A DNA stretch of 59,545 nucleotides. Source: Candidatus Omnitrophota bacterium. GTDB taxonomy: Bacteria; Omnitrophota; Gorgyraeia; Duberdicusellales; 4484-171. This document shows positions 12,188 to 21,437 of this stretch, piece by piece. Location: positions 1 to 59,545 of the forward strand of contig JAAEQW010000309.1 of the NCBI GenBank assembly GCA_024231025.1. Direction: 5' to 3'. A program made the translations under genes and the position numbers. The notes under the pieces are model-generated. The model did no database searches and was not told where the DNA came from. It worked only from the letters and a program-made list of their open reading frames with translations. Position 1 is the stretch's first letter; each line of letters opens with the position of its first letter.

Positions 12188-13282
12188 ATGATAGTCAAAT
12201 CAATTAACGCACGCTCAACGCTAACAACCACTAAAATGCTTGCCGGTTGTTTATTGGTTTTAAACTTATTAAGTTTGTTGTCATTATATAGCAGTCTTCA
12301 TTTAGCCGGAGAGTTTAAAAGCGGGGCAATTCTTTATCGCCAAATTGTTTGGGTTGTTGCTTCGTGGATATTCTTAATTATTTTTGCAATAATTAATTAC
12401 CGTCTTTATTACGATTTCGGTTATATTTTTTATGGATTTAATATCCTGCTTTTAATTGCCGTTTTTGCATTTGGCAGCAAGGCAATGGGTGCTCAGCGAT
12501 GGATTAATTTTATTGGATTTAAGTTTCAACCGTCTGAGCTTTGTAAGATTGCGGCAATTTTTGTTTTTGCGCGTTTATTTTCCGGCGATCGAAGGGGTCC
12601 TTTGTTGCAATTTCTTTTGCCGCTTGGGTTAGCATCGCTAATGGCTCTGCTAATATTTAAACAACCGGATTTAGGAACATCGTTGATTATTGTGTTTCTT
12701 TTCTTTGCGATTGGCATTTCAAGCAAGGTTTCAAAGCGTTATTTTATTGCCTTAATATTGGCAGGGTTGATTGCTGCCCCGTTTGCCTGGGGTATGCTGA
12801 AAAATTATCAAAGAAAACGCCTTGTTGTGTTTGTAAATCCTGATGTTGACCCTCTTGGTGCCGGATATACCATTATTCAATCGAAAATCGCGATTGGTTC
12901 CGGCAGAATTTTCGGTAAAGGTTTTTTATCCGGAACACAAAACCAATTCAACTTTCTTCCTGAGCGTCACACAGATTTTATATTTACGGTTGTGGCTGAA
13001 GAGTGGGGTTTTGTGGGGGGGCTGTTTCTTTTGATAGTTTACTGGCTAATACTATATAATATTTTAAATATTGCAAGATCCGCTAAAGACGACTTTGCCC
13101 GTTTATTAGCATTGGGGATTGGATCGTTGTTTTTCTTACATATTTTCATTAATATTGGGATGACTCTTGGTATCTTACCGGTGGTAGGGTTGCCTTTAAT
13201 TTTTATGAGCTACGGAGGAAGTAATCTGCTTATTAACTTTGTTCTAATGGGAATACTTATCAATATTTCCCGCCAAGCGTAA
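12188..13282 (+). CDS. rodA: SEDS peptidoglycan glycosyltransferase RodA
   Basis: GAQRWI, FQPSE..K, QPDLGT, QS.IAIGSG, PERHTDFIF, SYGGS. Confidence 0.95.
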   Translation: MIVKSINARSTLTTTKMLAGCLLVLNLLSLLSLYSSLHLAGEFKSGAILYRQIVWVVASWIFLIIFAIINYRLYYDFGYIFYGFNILLLIAVFAFGSKAMGAQRWINFIGFKFQPSELCKIAAIFVFARLFSGDRRGPLLQFLLPLGLASLMALLIFKQPDLGTSLIIVFLFFAIGISSKVSKRYFIALILAGLIAAPFAWGMLKNYQRKRLVVFVNPDVDPLGAGYTIIQSKIAIGSGRIFGKGFLSGTQNQFNFLPERHTDFIFTVVAEEWGFVGGLFLLIVYWLILYNILNIARSAKDDFARLLALGIGSLFFLHIFINIGMTLGILPVVGLPLIFMSYGGSNLLINFVLMGILINISRQA

Positions 13283-13291
13283 TCATTTGAA

Positions 13292-14953
13292 ATGATCAAC
13301 TTCCTAGATTTTAGAAAACCACAACGTTACATTGGCAATGAGTACAATGTTATTAAAAAAACCCACAAGAATCGAATAAAGGTTTGCATTTCTTATCCGG
13401 ATCTCTATGAAATTGGAATGAGCAATCTTGGATTGCGCATAATTTATGGATTATTGAATGAGTACGACGATGTTGTTTGTGAGCGAGTGTTTATGCCGGA
13501 TAAAGATTTGCTCAGCTATCTTAAAGAATCAAAAATAAAACTACCTTCCCTTGAAACTAAAACTAAACTTTGTGATTTTGATGTTATAGGTTTTAATTTT
13601 AATTATGAACTTAATTTTACTAACTTTTTACATATTCTTGCCCTTGGCGGTGTAGCTTTAAAGGCAAACGAGCGAAAAGACATAATCGTCTTAGGTGGAG
13701 GAGGCGCTAATCCTGAGCCAATTGCAGAATTCGTAGATGTTTTTTGCCTAGGTGAATTTGAAGCAGTAGCAGCGAGTTTTATTGATGTTTTACGCAAGTA
13801 CAATGGCAAAGAAGAGCGCCTCAAGGCTTTATCTGAAATTGACGGATTCTATGTGCCAAGTCTTTATGAGGTAAGTTTTAGCGGCGATCAATACATCATT
13901 AAGAAGAAGTACGAGAAAGCAAAGCTTCCAATTAAAAAAGTACACGTAAAGGATTTGGATAACTCATATTATCCGCTAAAGTGGCTCACTCCACACACTC
14001 AAATCATACATGACCGCGTTCCGATTGAAATTGCTAGGGGGTGTCCAAATAGTTGCACATTTTGCCAGGCACGCGCGCTGTTTTATCCGTATCGTGAAAG
14101 AAAAATTGAAACCATAAAGCGCATGGTTGAGTTGATCTATAAAAACTCCGGTTATGAAAATTTTTCATTTTTATCATTTTCGGCGTCGAATTATTCAAAA
14201 ATCGAGCAGTTAATTGATGAGACTTTTGATTATTTTAAAGAGCGCCGAATCGGAATTTCATTTCCATCATTGAGAGTTGATGATATTGCCGGTCGGCTTT
14301 ATCAGCGAATATCACAATTGAAAAAAGCTAACATTACATTGGCGGTGGAGGCGGCGGGAGCGGATTTACGTCGTAACATCAAGAAGAATATCGATATTAG
14401 CAGAGTATTTGAAGCGGCAGAGATCGTCAGTTCTTTAAACGCAAGGCATATGAAGCTTTACTTTATGTATGGCTTCCCTCAAGAAACAAATGATGATTTG
14501 TGTGCAATCGGTGATTTTTTAACGGCACTTCAAAAAAGGAGTCGTTTAAATCTTAATGTAAGCATAAATGTTTTTATTCCTAAACCTTTTTCATCATGGG
14601 AAAAATATCCGATGGATACCGAAGCGCTTATTGCCCAGAAAAAAATGACCATCTTAACAAATATGCCTCGGCGAAAGTCAATTAAATTGTCGTTTTCAGA
14701 TCCAAAGAAAAGCATTTTAGAGGGTATTATGTCTCGCGCTGATCGAGATTTCTCTAAAGTTATTCATTCTGTTTTTTTAAGTGGTGGGTGTTTTGATGGT
14801 TATAACGAAAATTTTTCTTGGGACGTTTGGGAGCGCGCAATGAAAGAAGCAGACATTGATTACTCACGCTATATAAATAAAGAGCTTAAGAGTTATCCGT
14901 GGTCACACATTGTATGTGGAATGATCAAACATCAAGATACAATAACCAAATAA
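13292..14953 (+). CDS. Radical SAM protein (TIGR03960-like family)
   Basis: KP.RYIGNE.N, YPDLYEIGMSNLG, RGCPNSCTFC (CxxxCxxC), FIPKP. Confidence 0.85.
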   Translation: MINFLDFRKPQRYIGNEYNVIKKTHKNRIKVCISYPDLYEIGMSNLGLRIIYGLLNEYDDVVCERVFMPDKDLLSYLKESKIKLPSLETKTKLCDFDVIGFNFNYELNFTNFLHILALGGVALKANERKDIIVLGGGGANPEPIAEFVDVFCLGEFEAVAASFIDVLRKYNGKEERLKALSEIDGFYVPSLYEVSFSGDQYIIKKKYEKAKLPIKKVHVKDLDNSYYPLKWLTPHTQIIHDRVPIEIARGCPNSCTFCQARALFYPYRERKIETIKRMVELIYKNSGYENFSFLSFSASNYSKIEQLIDETFDYFKERRIGISFPSLRVDDIAGRLYQRISQLKKANITLAVEAAGADLRRNIKKNIDISRVFEAAEIVSSLNARHMKLYFMYGFPQETNDDLCAIGDFLTALQKRSRLNLNVSINVFIPKPFSSWEKYPMDTEALIAQKKMTILTNMPRRKSIKLSFSDPKKSILEGIMSRADRDFSKVIHSVFLSGGCFDGYNENFSWDVWERAMKEADIDYSRYINKELKSYPWSHIVCGMIKHQDTITK

Positions 14954-15061
14954 TAACCAAACACCAAGAACCAATCGGTTTGGTCTTTGAATATTGATTA
15001 TTGGTAATTGTTTGCCTGCCCGCCGGTAGGCGGGTATCTTGTAACTTGGTCATTGGTTATT
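14921..15061. repeat. Heptamer-repeat hairpin overlapping the radical SAM 3' end, with a nested 20-bp GC palindrome
   Basis: Left AAACATC AAGATAC AATAACC..AAACACC AAGAACC; right TTGATTA TTGGTAA..TTGTAAC TTGGTCA TTGGTTA; insert CCTGCCCGCCGGTAGGCGGG at 15015-15034. Confidence 0.7.
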
Positions 15062-15073
15062 CTAATAGTAAAT

Positions 15074-15376
15074 ATGGAAATAATAAAGTATCCATTAAAG
15101 GTGAGATATTGTAAAAGTGGAGAAATGGTCTATTTTTCTCAACTCGATATTATGCACATATTTGATCGAGCGTTACGCCGTACAGAACTGCCGCTATACT
15201 TTACTCAAGGATTCACCCCTCGCCTTAAAATGAGTTTCGGCAATGCCTTAAAGCTTGGGGTAGCGGGAGAAAGCGAGGTAACTTTTTACTTTCTGCAGGA
15301 AGTTAGCTATGATCAATTATGTCAATTATTATCTAATCAGCTCCCAGAAGGCCTCCATTTAAAGGGAGCAGACTGA
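15074..15376 (+). CDS. Radical SAM-linked protein (DUF2344/TIGR03936-like), short
   Basis: Y.K.G...YFSQLD....DRALRR..LP..FTQGF.P..KMSFG.AL..G; ATG at 15074 is preferred because the 15008 start runs through repeat DNA. Confidence 0.8.
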   Translation: MEIIKYPLKVRYCKSGEMVYFSQLDIMHIFDRALRRTELPLYFTQGFTPRLKMSFGNALKLGVAGESEVTFYFLQEVSYDQLCQLLSNQLPEGLHLKGAD

Positions 15377-15384
15377 GCTACCCC

Positions 15385-15636
15385 GTTACCTTTGGGGCTT
15401 TGGTAACGTGGTGGAGAAAATATATTTGGTGAATATAAAAATATAAATGTCGTAGGGGCCGCCCTTGTGTCGGCCCGTAATAATATAAAATTATCGAAAA
15501 TGGTCAAATAATTGATAATCAATGGTGATGCCTAATCATATTCATTGCATCATAATCATAAATGATCGGGCGCAGACAAGCAGCGCCCCTACGATTTTTA
15601 AAATTACACCTCTTTACCAAACCCCCCAAAGGTAGC
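15385..15636. mobile_element. Decayed REP-associated tyrosine transposase (RAYT, IS200-like HUH) remnant with two REPs and ~31-bp terminal inverted repeats
   Basis: Ends GTTACCTTTGGGGCTTTGGTAACGTGGTGGA and revcomp GCTACCTTTGGGGGGTTTGGTAAAGAGGTGTA; GTAG-footed REPs at 15452-15476 and inverted at 15568-15592; broken reading ENIFGE..KLSK/GQIIDNQW/VMPNHIHCII. Confidence 0.7.
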
Positions 15637-15725
15637 GTGGTGACAATTTGATATTGAAAATCCGGGCAGAATTGGTAACATGTAAGTAAGTATTTATTTA
15701 ATCGGGGAAATAATTTTTTAAATTC

Positions 15726-17348
15726 ATGAATTCATTTGCTATCTCCTCTATTTTGGTGATTATAACCAGCTCTGTTATTGCTATTAGCCTTCTTGTAAAA
15801 AATCGGTCGTTAAAGGCTAGTAACCTCTGGGTATGCATTTCTATCTGTATAACTATCTGGGGAATAGGTGGTTATAAGGTCGCAACGACTACCAACAAGG
15901 TTGAGGCTCTTTTTTGGTGGCAATTTTCATATATGTGCGTAATATCAGCGTGTATATTTTTCACCCATTTTATTATGGAGTTTTGCCATGTAAAGAAAAA
16001 ATATTTTTTGCAGCTTATCTACCTGATGGGCTCTATTTTTATTTTTTTTACCTGGTACGATAATTCAAGCTTATTTTTAAAAGACCTGCGCTTAACGTCC
16101 GAACAATTTTACTGGACCGATTGGCTTACCAGTAAAAGCATTATATGGATAATTTTCTATATCGGGTTCTACTGGATGCTATTAGTCTACGCCTTTATTG
16201 TATTACTAAAAGAATTTACTATTTCGACCGGTAAGCGCCGCAATCAAATAAAATATTTTATTTTAGCAACTACTATAGGGTGGTTAGGAGCGCATGGTGA
16301 TCTTTTAAGCAATTTTCATCTTGATGTTTATCAATATGCCAATTACTGCATTGCGCTACACACTTTCATATTTGCTTACGCAATTATTAAGTATCAACTA
16401 CTTGACATCCGAGTTGCAATTACTCGGATTGGATTATTCTTTTTTATCTATTCGATAATTCTTGGTATTCCTTTATGGATAGGGTATCACTATCAATTAT
16501 GGATTCACGCCTTTTTGCTTCTTTTCGTATTTGCTACCATTGGACCATACGTATTTAACTATCTCAGAAAAAAAACCGAACAACTGCTTGTTGAGCAACA
16601 TCAGGTAAAATTACAAAACCTGGCTCAAGAGGAACAAATCCGTCGTCACCGCGCAATGGATCATTTCTCAAGCTCTCTTGCTCATGAAATAGATAATCCA
16701 ATGCATTCGGTTAGTGGGTTAGCTGAAGTAATCAGATTAAAGGTAACTGAAGATCTAAAAGGGCAGATATCTGAGCAGGACCAAAACTACCTACGCAGTA
16801 GATTAGGTCAATTAATAAAGGATAGTGGCAGAGTATCCAAGATGGTCAAAGCAATCAGGGAGTTTTCATCTAAAACCAGTGGTGAGCTCACTACAGTCAA
16901 AATAGATGAAGTAATCGATGCCTTCATGAGCATTGTAGGCCCTCAATTCAAAGAAGACAACATAACCTTTGAAAAGAAAATAGAAGAAAACATCCAACTA
17001 AAAGGAAATAAAATCCACCTTGAAGAAGTGCTCATGAACCTAAGCATCAACGCAATCCATGCGGTAAATAATAACAACTTAAACGAAAAGATCATTCACC
17101 TTAGAATATACCGTAACAGCCCGAAAACCTTTATGATTGAATTAGAAGACAACGGCTATGGCATAAAGCAAGATATGTTAGACGATATATTCTTAGACTT
17201 TGTAACTACTAAAGCTTCAACCGTTGGCATTGGCATGGGTCTTGCCCGAGTCAGAAAGATTGTTCAAAATCACAAAGGTAAAGTCTGGGCGCAATCTGAT
17301 GGAGCAGGCAAAGGTGGCAGTTTTTTTGTTGAGTTAGTTGGTGGGTAG
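15726..17348 (+). CDS. Membrane sensor histidine kinase with N-terminal multi-TM (HisKA_7TM-like) sensor
   Basis: About 9 hydrophobic segments; H-box LAHEIDNP; N-box NL..NA; DNGYGI; F.TTK; G.GMGL. Confidence 0.9.
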   Translation: MNSFAISSILVIITSSVIAISLLVKNRSLKASNLWVCISICITIWGIGGYKVATTTNKVEALFWWQFSYMCVISACIFFTHFIMEFCHVKKKYFLQLIYLMGSIFIFFTWYDNSSLFLKDLRLTSEQFYWTDWLTSKSIIWIIFYIGFYWMLLVYAFIVLLKEFTISTGKRRNQIKYFILATTIGWLGAHGDLLSNFHLDVYQYANYCIALHTFIFAYAIIKYQLLDIRVAITRIGLFFFIYSIILGIPLWIGYHYQLWIHAFLLLFVFATIGPYVFNYLRKKTEQLLVEQHQVKLQNLAQEEQIRRHRAMDHFSSSLAHEIDNPMHSVSGLAEVIRLKVTEDLKGQISEQDQNYLRSRLGQLIKDSGRVSKMVKAIREFSSKTSGELTTVKIDEVIDAFMSIVGPQFKEDNITFEKKIEENIQLKGNKIHLEEVLMNLSINAIHAVNNNNLNEKIIHLRIYRNSPKTFMIELEDNGYGIKQDMLDDIFLDFVTTKASTVGIGMGLARVRKIVQNHKGKVWAQSDGAGKGGSFFVELVGG

Positions 17349-17369
17349 GTGAAACACCAGCTTTCAATC

Positions 17370-17398
17370 TTGAAAAATAAGTAGGGCTGTGATAAAAT
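17370..17398 (+). promoter_or_regulatory. Sigma70-type promoter for the KS cluster (long ~160-nt leader)
   Basis: TTGAAA-17 nt-TAAAAT with extended -10 TG. Confidence 0.5.
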
Positions 17399-17565
17399 AC
17401 AGTTGTACTTAATTTTTTAAGTTCCTTTTGCTAGTTTAGCTATGGCGCATGAGTTAAGTTAAGCTGTCTGGATTATTTTTAGCTACGGAAAAATTGACGA
17501 TAACTACAGCCACGGGTGGGTCTTCGTTTTATTTTTGGTAAGTTTAATTTAGGGATGTAAATTAA

Positions 17566-18780
17566 ATGCCAGATAAGGAAGCTGTTATAAGTGGAGTAGG
17601 TGTTGTTGTTCCGGGAGCGCTTGGCAAAGATGCGTTTTGGGCATTACAAGCAGAAGGTAAAGACTGCGCCTCTTTAATCGATTCATTTCCTACCGATGAT
17701 TTCGCGGTAAAAGTTGCTTGCGAAATTAAAAATTTCAATCCAAAAGATATTCTTGGTTTTAAAGGTTTACGCAATCTTGACCGGACAACTCTTCTTTTGT
17801 TGGCTAGTTCCAAATACGCGATCAACGATGCTAATTTAGGGATTACCGATAATAATACCGACGATATTGGCGTATGCACCGGTACAACCTTTTCGCACCT
17901 TTGGTCAATTTTAGAATTTGATAAAGAAGTGTTTACCGATGGCATAGGTTTTTCGAATCCGGCTTTATTTCCATCGAATGTGATGAATGCGGCATCCTCA
18001 CACGTTTCAATTCGTTTTAATATTCAAGGTTTTAATGCAACGATTAGTACTGGGTATACTTCAGGCATTGAGGCATTAAAATATTCCACGAATGCCTTAA
18101 AAACAGGTGCGGCAAACACAGTTTTAGTTAATGGAGTCGATTCGCTAACTTATCCGGTATTCTTTGGTTTTGACCGTTTGGGTTATATGGCTGGACTGAA
18201 AGGAATTCCTTTGAGTTGTCCTTTTGATAAACGAAGAAATGGTCCAATTTTAGGCGAAGGGTCAGTTAGTCTTTGTGTGGAAAGTGAAGAAACCGCCAAA
18301 AAACGTAATGCGTCTGTTTTGGCTAGGATAAAGGGAGTAAGTACATATTTTGATAGCTCAAAAAATAGTAACGGTCTTAAAATTGCCATAGAAAGGCTTT
18401 TCGATAAAACAGGGATGGGACCTAACGATATTGATTATATATCAAGTTCGGCAAATTCATCATATATTGACAAAAAAGAGGTGAGCGCCCTCAGTAATGT
18501 TTTTGGTAAAAGGCTAAAAAATGTACCCCTGAGTTCTATAAAATCCATGTTCGGGGAAACAGTTTCCGCGTCTTCATCATTGCAAATTGCTTCGTGCTTG
18601 GGTTGCATGCAAACGGAGATGATTCCTCCGACAATTAATTATCGTGATTTTGATTTAGATTGCGATATTGATTGCGTTGCGAATAAAGCACAGAAAAAAG
18701 ATGTAAAAACCGCTTTAGTCACTTCTCTAGGGTTGGGAGGTTATAGCGCGGCGTGTATTTTGGAGAAATACCAAAATTAG
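17566..18780 (+). CDS. Ketosynthase-like chain-length factor (catalytically inactive KS)
   Basis: FabF fold (PFDKRRNG..LGEG, PPTIN); catalytic Cys region reads STGYTSG; His motifs read SSSANSS and KSMFGE. Confidence 0.85.
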   Translation: MPDKEAVISGVGVVVPGALGKDAFWALQAEGKDCASLIDSFPTDDFAVKVACEIKNFNPKDILGFKGLRNLDRTTLLLLASSKYAINDANLGITDNNTDDIGVCTGTTFSHLWSILEFDKEVFTDGIGFSNPALFPSNVMNAASSHVSIRFNIQGFNATISTGYTSGIEALKYSTNALKTGAANTVLVNGVDSLTYPVFFGFDRLGYMAGLKGIPLSCPFDKRRNGPILGEGSVSLCVESEETAKKRNASVLARIKGVSTYFDSSKNSNGLKIAIERLFDKTGMGPNDIDYISSSANSSYIDKKEVSALSNVFGKRLKNVPLSSIKSMFGETVSASSSLQIASCLGCMQTEMIPPTINYRDFDLDCDIDCVANKAQKKDVKTALVTSLGLGGYSAACILEKYQN

Positions 18781-18782
18781 TT

Positions 18783-19529
18783 ATGAGTAACTTTCAAGAT
18801 AAAACAGTAATTATAACCGGCGGTTCACGTGGAATCGGCAAGGCCTGTTGCTTGGCTTTTGCAAGGGCAGGTGCGAACATAGCGTTTACTTACAACAATA
18901 GCGCTAACGATGCAAGCCTTCTTGGTGACGAAATCAAAAAACTTGGCGTAGGTTGCATACCTTTTAAAGCTAACGTACGAGATTACAATCGATGCCGCGA
19001 TGTGGTGCGAGAAACGGTTGATAATTTTGGAAAACTCGATATTTTAATCAACAATGCTGGAATAACTAAAGATAAAGCCTTAGTTATGATGCCAATTGCC
19101 GACTGGACCGATGTTGTCGATACAAATCTGGGCGGAATTTTTAACATGACAAGAGCGGCGATCACCACGTTTTTAAAGCAAAAAGAGGGGTGCATCATTA
19201 ATATGAGCTCGATAAGTGGTATTTCAGGGTTGCCGCGCCAAACTAATTATAGCGCTTCAAAAGCGGGGATTATTGGTTTCTCTAAATCATTAGCTAAAGA
19301 GGTAGCTGCCTATAATGTGCGAGTTAATGTTGTGTGTCCCGGTTACATTAATACCGACATGGTAAATGCGTTACAAGAAAACATGCGTAATGAAATTTTA
19401 AAAAATATTCCACTGAAGCGAATGGGTGCTTCAAGTGAAGTAGCCGATCTTTGCCTTTTTCTTGCTTCTAATAAAGCATCATATATAACCGGCGAGGTTA
19501 TAAAAATAGATGGGGGCTTAGCAGTATAA
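18783..19529 (+). CDS. fabG: 3-oxoacyl-ACP reductase (FabG-like ketoreductase)
   Basis: TGGSRGIG, NNAGIT.D, NYSASKAG (YxxxK), PGYI.TDM; ATG at 18783. Confidence 0.9.
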   Translation: MSNFQDKTVIITGGSRGIGKACCLAFARAGANIAFTYNNSANDASLLGDEIKKLGVGCIPFKANVRDYNRCRDVVRETVDNFGKLDILINNAGITKDKALVMMPIADWTDVVDTNLGGIFNMTRAAITTFLKQKEGCIINMSSISGISGLPRQTNYSASKAGIIGFSKSLAKEVAAYNVRVNVVCPGYINTDMVNALQENMRNEILKNIPLKRMGASSEVADLCLFLASNKASYITGEVIKIDGGLAV

Positions 19530-19559
19530 ATAAAAATTGGCATAGCGAGAGGAGGTTTT

Positions 19560-19799
19560 ATGGGGAATAGCAATTTTGACACACTACAAAAGGAAATCAA
19601 GGAGCTCGTTGCTGAAATCGGTGAAATACCGGAAGAGGAAATAAAGGATGACTCACGTCTTGTTGAAGATTTAGGCATTGACAGCATGATGGCGCTTGAA
19701 ATTGTTGCAAAATTAGAGAAAAAGTATAAGGTTTCCATTCCCGAAGAAAAAATACCGACAATTACGTCGTTAACAAATATCTATGAGCTTTTTAAGTAG
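19560..19799 (+). CDS. Acyl carrier protein
   Basis: Acidic 79-aa protein with DLGIDSM phosphopantetheine site; GGAGG SD. Confidence 0.92.
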   Translation: MGNSNFDTLQKEIKELVAEIGEIPEEEIKDDSRLVEDLGIDSMMALEIVAKLEKKYKVSIPEEKIPTITSLTNIYELFK

Positions 19800-20226
19800 T
19801 GCTGAAATTAATAATTTATTGCCGCAAAAATACCCATTTGTGTTTGTCGATCAAGTTATCGATATCGACAAAGAAAATGGAGAGATAACTTGTTTAAAAA
19901 ATTTTTCAATTAATGATTACTTTTTTACTGGTCATTTTCCCGGAAAACCGATTGTGCCGGGGGTAATAATCGTTGAGGCTTTAGCCCAGGCAGCGATTAT
20001 TCTTTATGCGGTGCTGAAACCTGATATTGCCAAAAAGAAACCGGATTATTTTTTGGGCAAGGTGGAGGCTAAATTTGTTGGATCGGTTTTACCAGGGGAT
20101 CAATTGAATTTAATGGTAAAAAAAGAAAAATTAACCAATACTGCCGGTATTGTTGAATGTGTCGCTAAAGTTAAAGATAGAACCGTTGTGAAGGGAAGAA
20201 TCTTTTTAGGAGTTAAGGTAAAATAG
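19783..20226 (+). CDS. fabZ: 3-hydroxyacyl-ACP dehydratase (FabZ-like)
   Basis: LPQKYPF.FVD, F.GHFPG.PI.PGV...EALAQ. Confidence 0.9.
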   Translation: MSFLSSAEINNLLPQKYPFVFVDQVIDIDKENGEITCLKNFSINDYFFTGHFPGKPIVPGVIIVEALAQAAIILYAVLKPDIAKKKPDYFLGKVEAKFVGSVLPGDQLNLMVKKEKLTNTAGIVECVAKVKDRTVVKGRIFLGVKVK

Positions 20227-21434
20227 TGAAAAGCATTAAAGTTGCTGTAACAGGTTTGGGGGTAGTTTCACCAATCGGTATTGGTAAGGATGTTTTTTGG
20301 AATAATTTAATTGCGGCTAAATCAGGAATAAGTGAGATTACGGCTTTTGATACGTCTAATTATAACCGTCACTTTGGCGGTCAAGTGCATGATTTTACCA
20401 CGTCGCAATTTATACCTGGGAAAGTGGCAAAGCTCATAGGGAGGGCGTCACAATTTGCTTTAGTTGCCACGCAATTGGCCCTAGCGGATGCTGCAGTAGC
20501 TATAGATTCACTTTGTGACAGAAGAGTCGCTGTTATTATTGGAGCTACAATCCCTGAGGGAAATGTAGTTGATCAAACAACGTTAGCGATGTTTCGTAAG
20601 GAGGACGAAAGGTTTTCTGATCGAATAATATCAAGTGTCTTTGCGCCGTCAATCGCTCGTAATATAGGTAGTGTCTTGAAAATAAACGGAGCAAATATGC
20701 TAACTCCTTGCGCTTGTGCGGCAGGTAATTATGCAATTGGTTATGGGTATGATCTTATAAAAAACGGAGAAGTTGACTTGGCAATTGTTGGAGGAACGGA
20801 AGCTTTCTCGAGGATAGCATTCCAGGGTTTTCAACGATTACACGCTATGGCTGAGAACAAGGTAATGCCTTTCGACCAAAACCGTAAAGGCATGCTTTTA
20901 GGGGAAGGCGCAGGCATTTTAATTTTAGAGCCTTTTAATGAAGCAGCCAAAAGAAAAGCCAATATATACTCTGAAATACTGGGTTATGGCTTATCGTGCG
21001 ATGCCAGTCACATCACTATTCCCAAAAAAGACGGAATAAAAAAAGCCATGGCAAAAGCCCTGCGTAATTCAAATGTCAGTTCGGATAAAATTGATTACAT
21101 TTGTGCCCATGGAACTGGCACCCCGGCCAACGATAAAGCAGAATCTATCGCAATAAATGAGGTGTTCTCTTCTCGACGAGTACCGGTTAGTTCAATTAAA
21201 TCAATGATTGGCCATTGCATGGGGGCGGCATCAAGCATTGAGGCAATAACTTGCTGTTTAGCGTTGCAGAATGGAGTTGTGCCGCCAACAATTAACTTTA
21301 ACACGTCTGATCCAGAGTGCGATATAGATTGTGTGCCAAATGAGGCACGAAAACAAAATATAAAAATTGCTTTAAATAATGGGTTTGCTTTTGGTGGTAA
21401 TAATTGTTGTGTCAGCTTTAAGAGAAATAATTAA
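20226..21434 (+). CDS. fabF: Beta-ketoacyl-ACP synthase (active, FabF-like)
   Basis: CACAAG catalytic Cys, AHGTGT, KSMIGH, FAFGG. Confidence 0.88.
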   Translation: MKSIKVAVTGLGVVSPIGIGKDVFWNNLIAAKSGISEITAFDTSNYNRHFGGQVHDFTTSQFIPGKVAKLIGRASQFALVATQLALADAAVAIDSLCDRRVAVIIGATIPEGNVVDQTTLAMFRKEDERFSDRIISSVFAPSIARNIGSVLKINGANMLTPCACAAGNYAIGYGYDLIKNGEVDLAIVGGTEAFSRIAFQGFQRLHAMAENKVMPFDQNRKGMLLGEGAGILILEPFNEAAKRKANIYSEILGYGLSCDASHITIPKKDGIKKAMAKALRNSNVSSDKIDYICAHGTGTPANDKAESIAINEVFSSRRVPVSSIKSMIGHCMGAASSIEAITCCLALQNGVVPPTINFNTSDPECDIDCVPNEARKQNIKIALNNGFAFGGNNCCVSFKRNN

Positions 21435-21437
21435 AGA

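Noticed and set aside
6041-15061. Heptamer arrays or palindromes as CRISPR arrays
   Set aside because: No constant 23-47-nt repeats with unique spacers, and no cas genes.
15008-15073. N-terminal extension of the DUF2344-like ORF
   Set aside because: It translates repeat DNA (heptamer arm plus GC palindrome).
13292-15376. Radical SAM pair as part of the lipid cluster (ladderane-like interpretation)
   Set aside because: This TIGR03960/DUF2344-like pair commonly follows rodA and is separated from the island by the RAYT relic. No radical SAM gene lies inside the cluster, so a ladderane call is unsupported.
17399-17565. Riboswitch or ops element in the long KS-operon leader
   Set aside because: No recognisable conserved motif by eye; an Rfam/Infernal search would be needed.
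17566-21434. Housekeeping fab operon
   Set aside because: No fabD, fabH, fabI or plsX; it contains a dead KS and tailoring genes.
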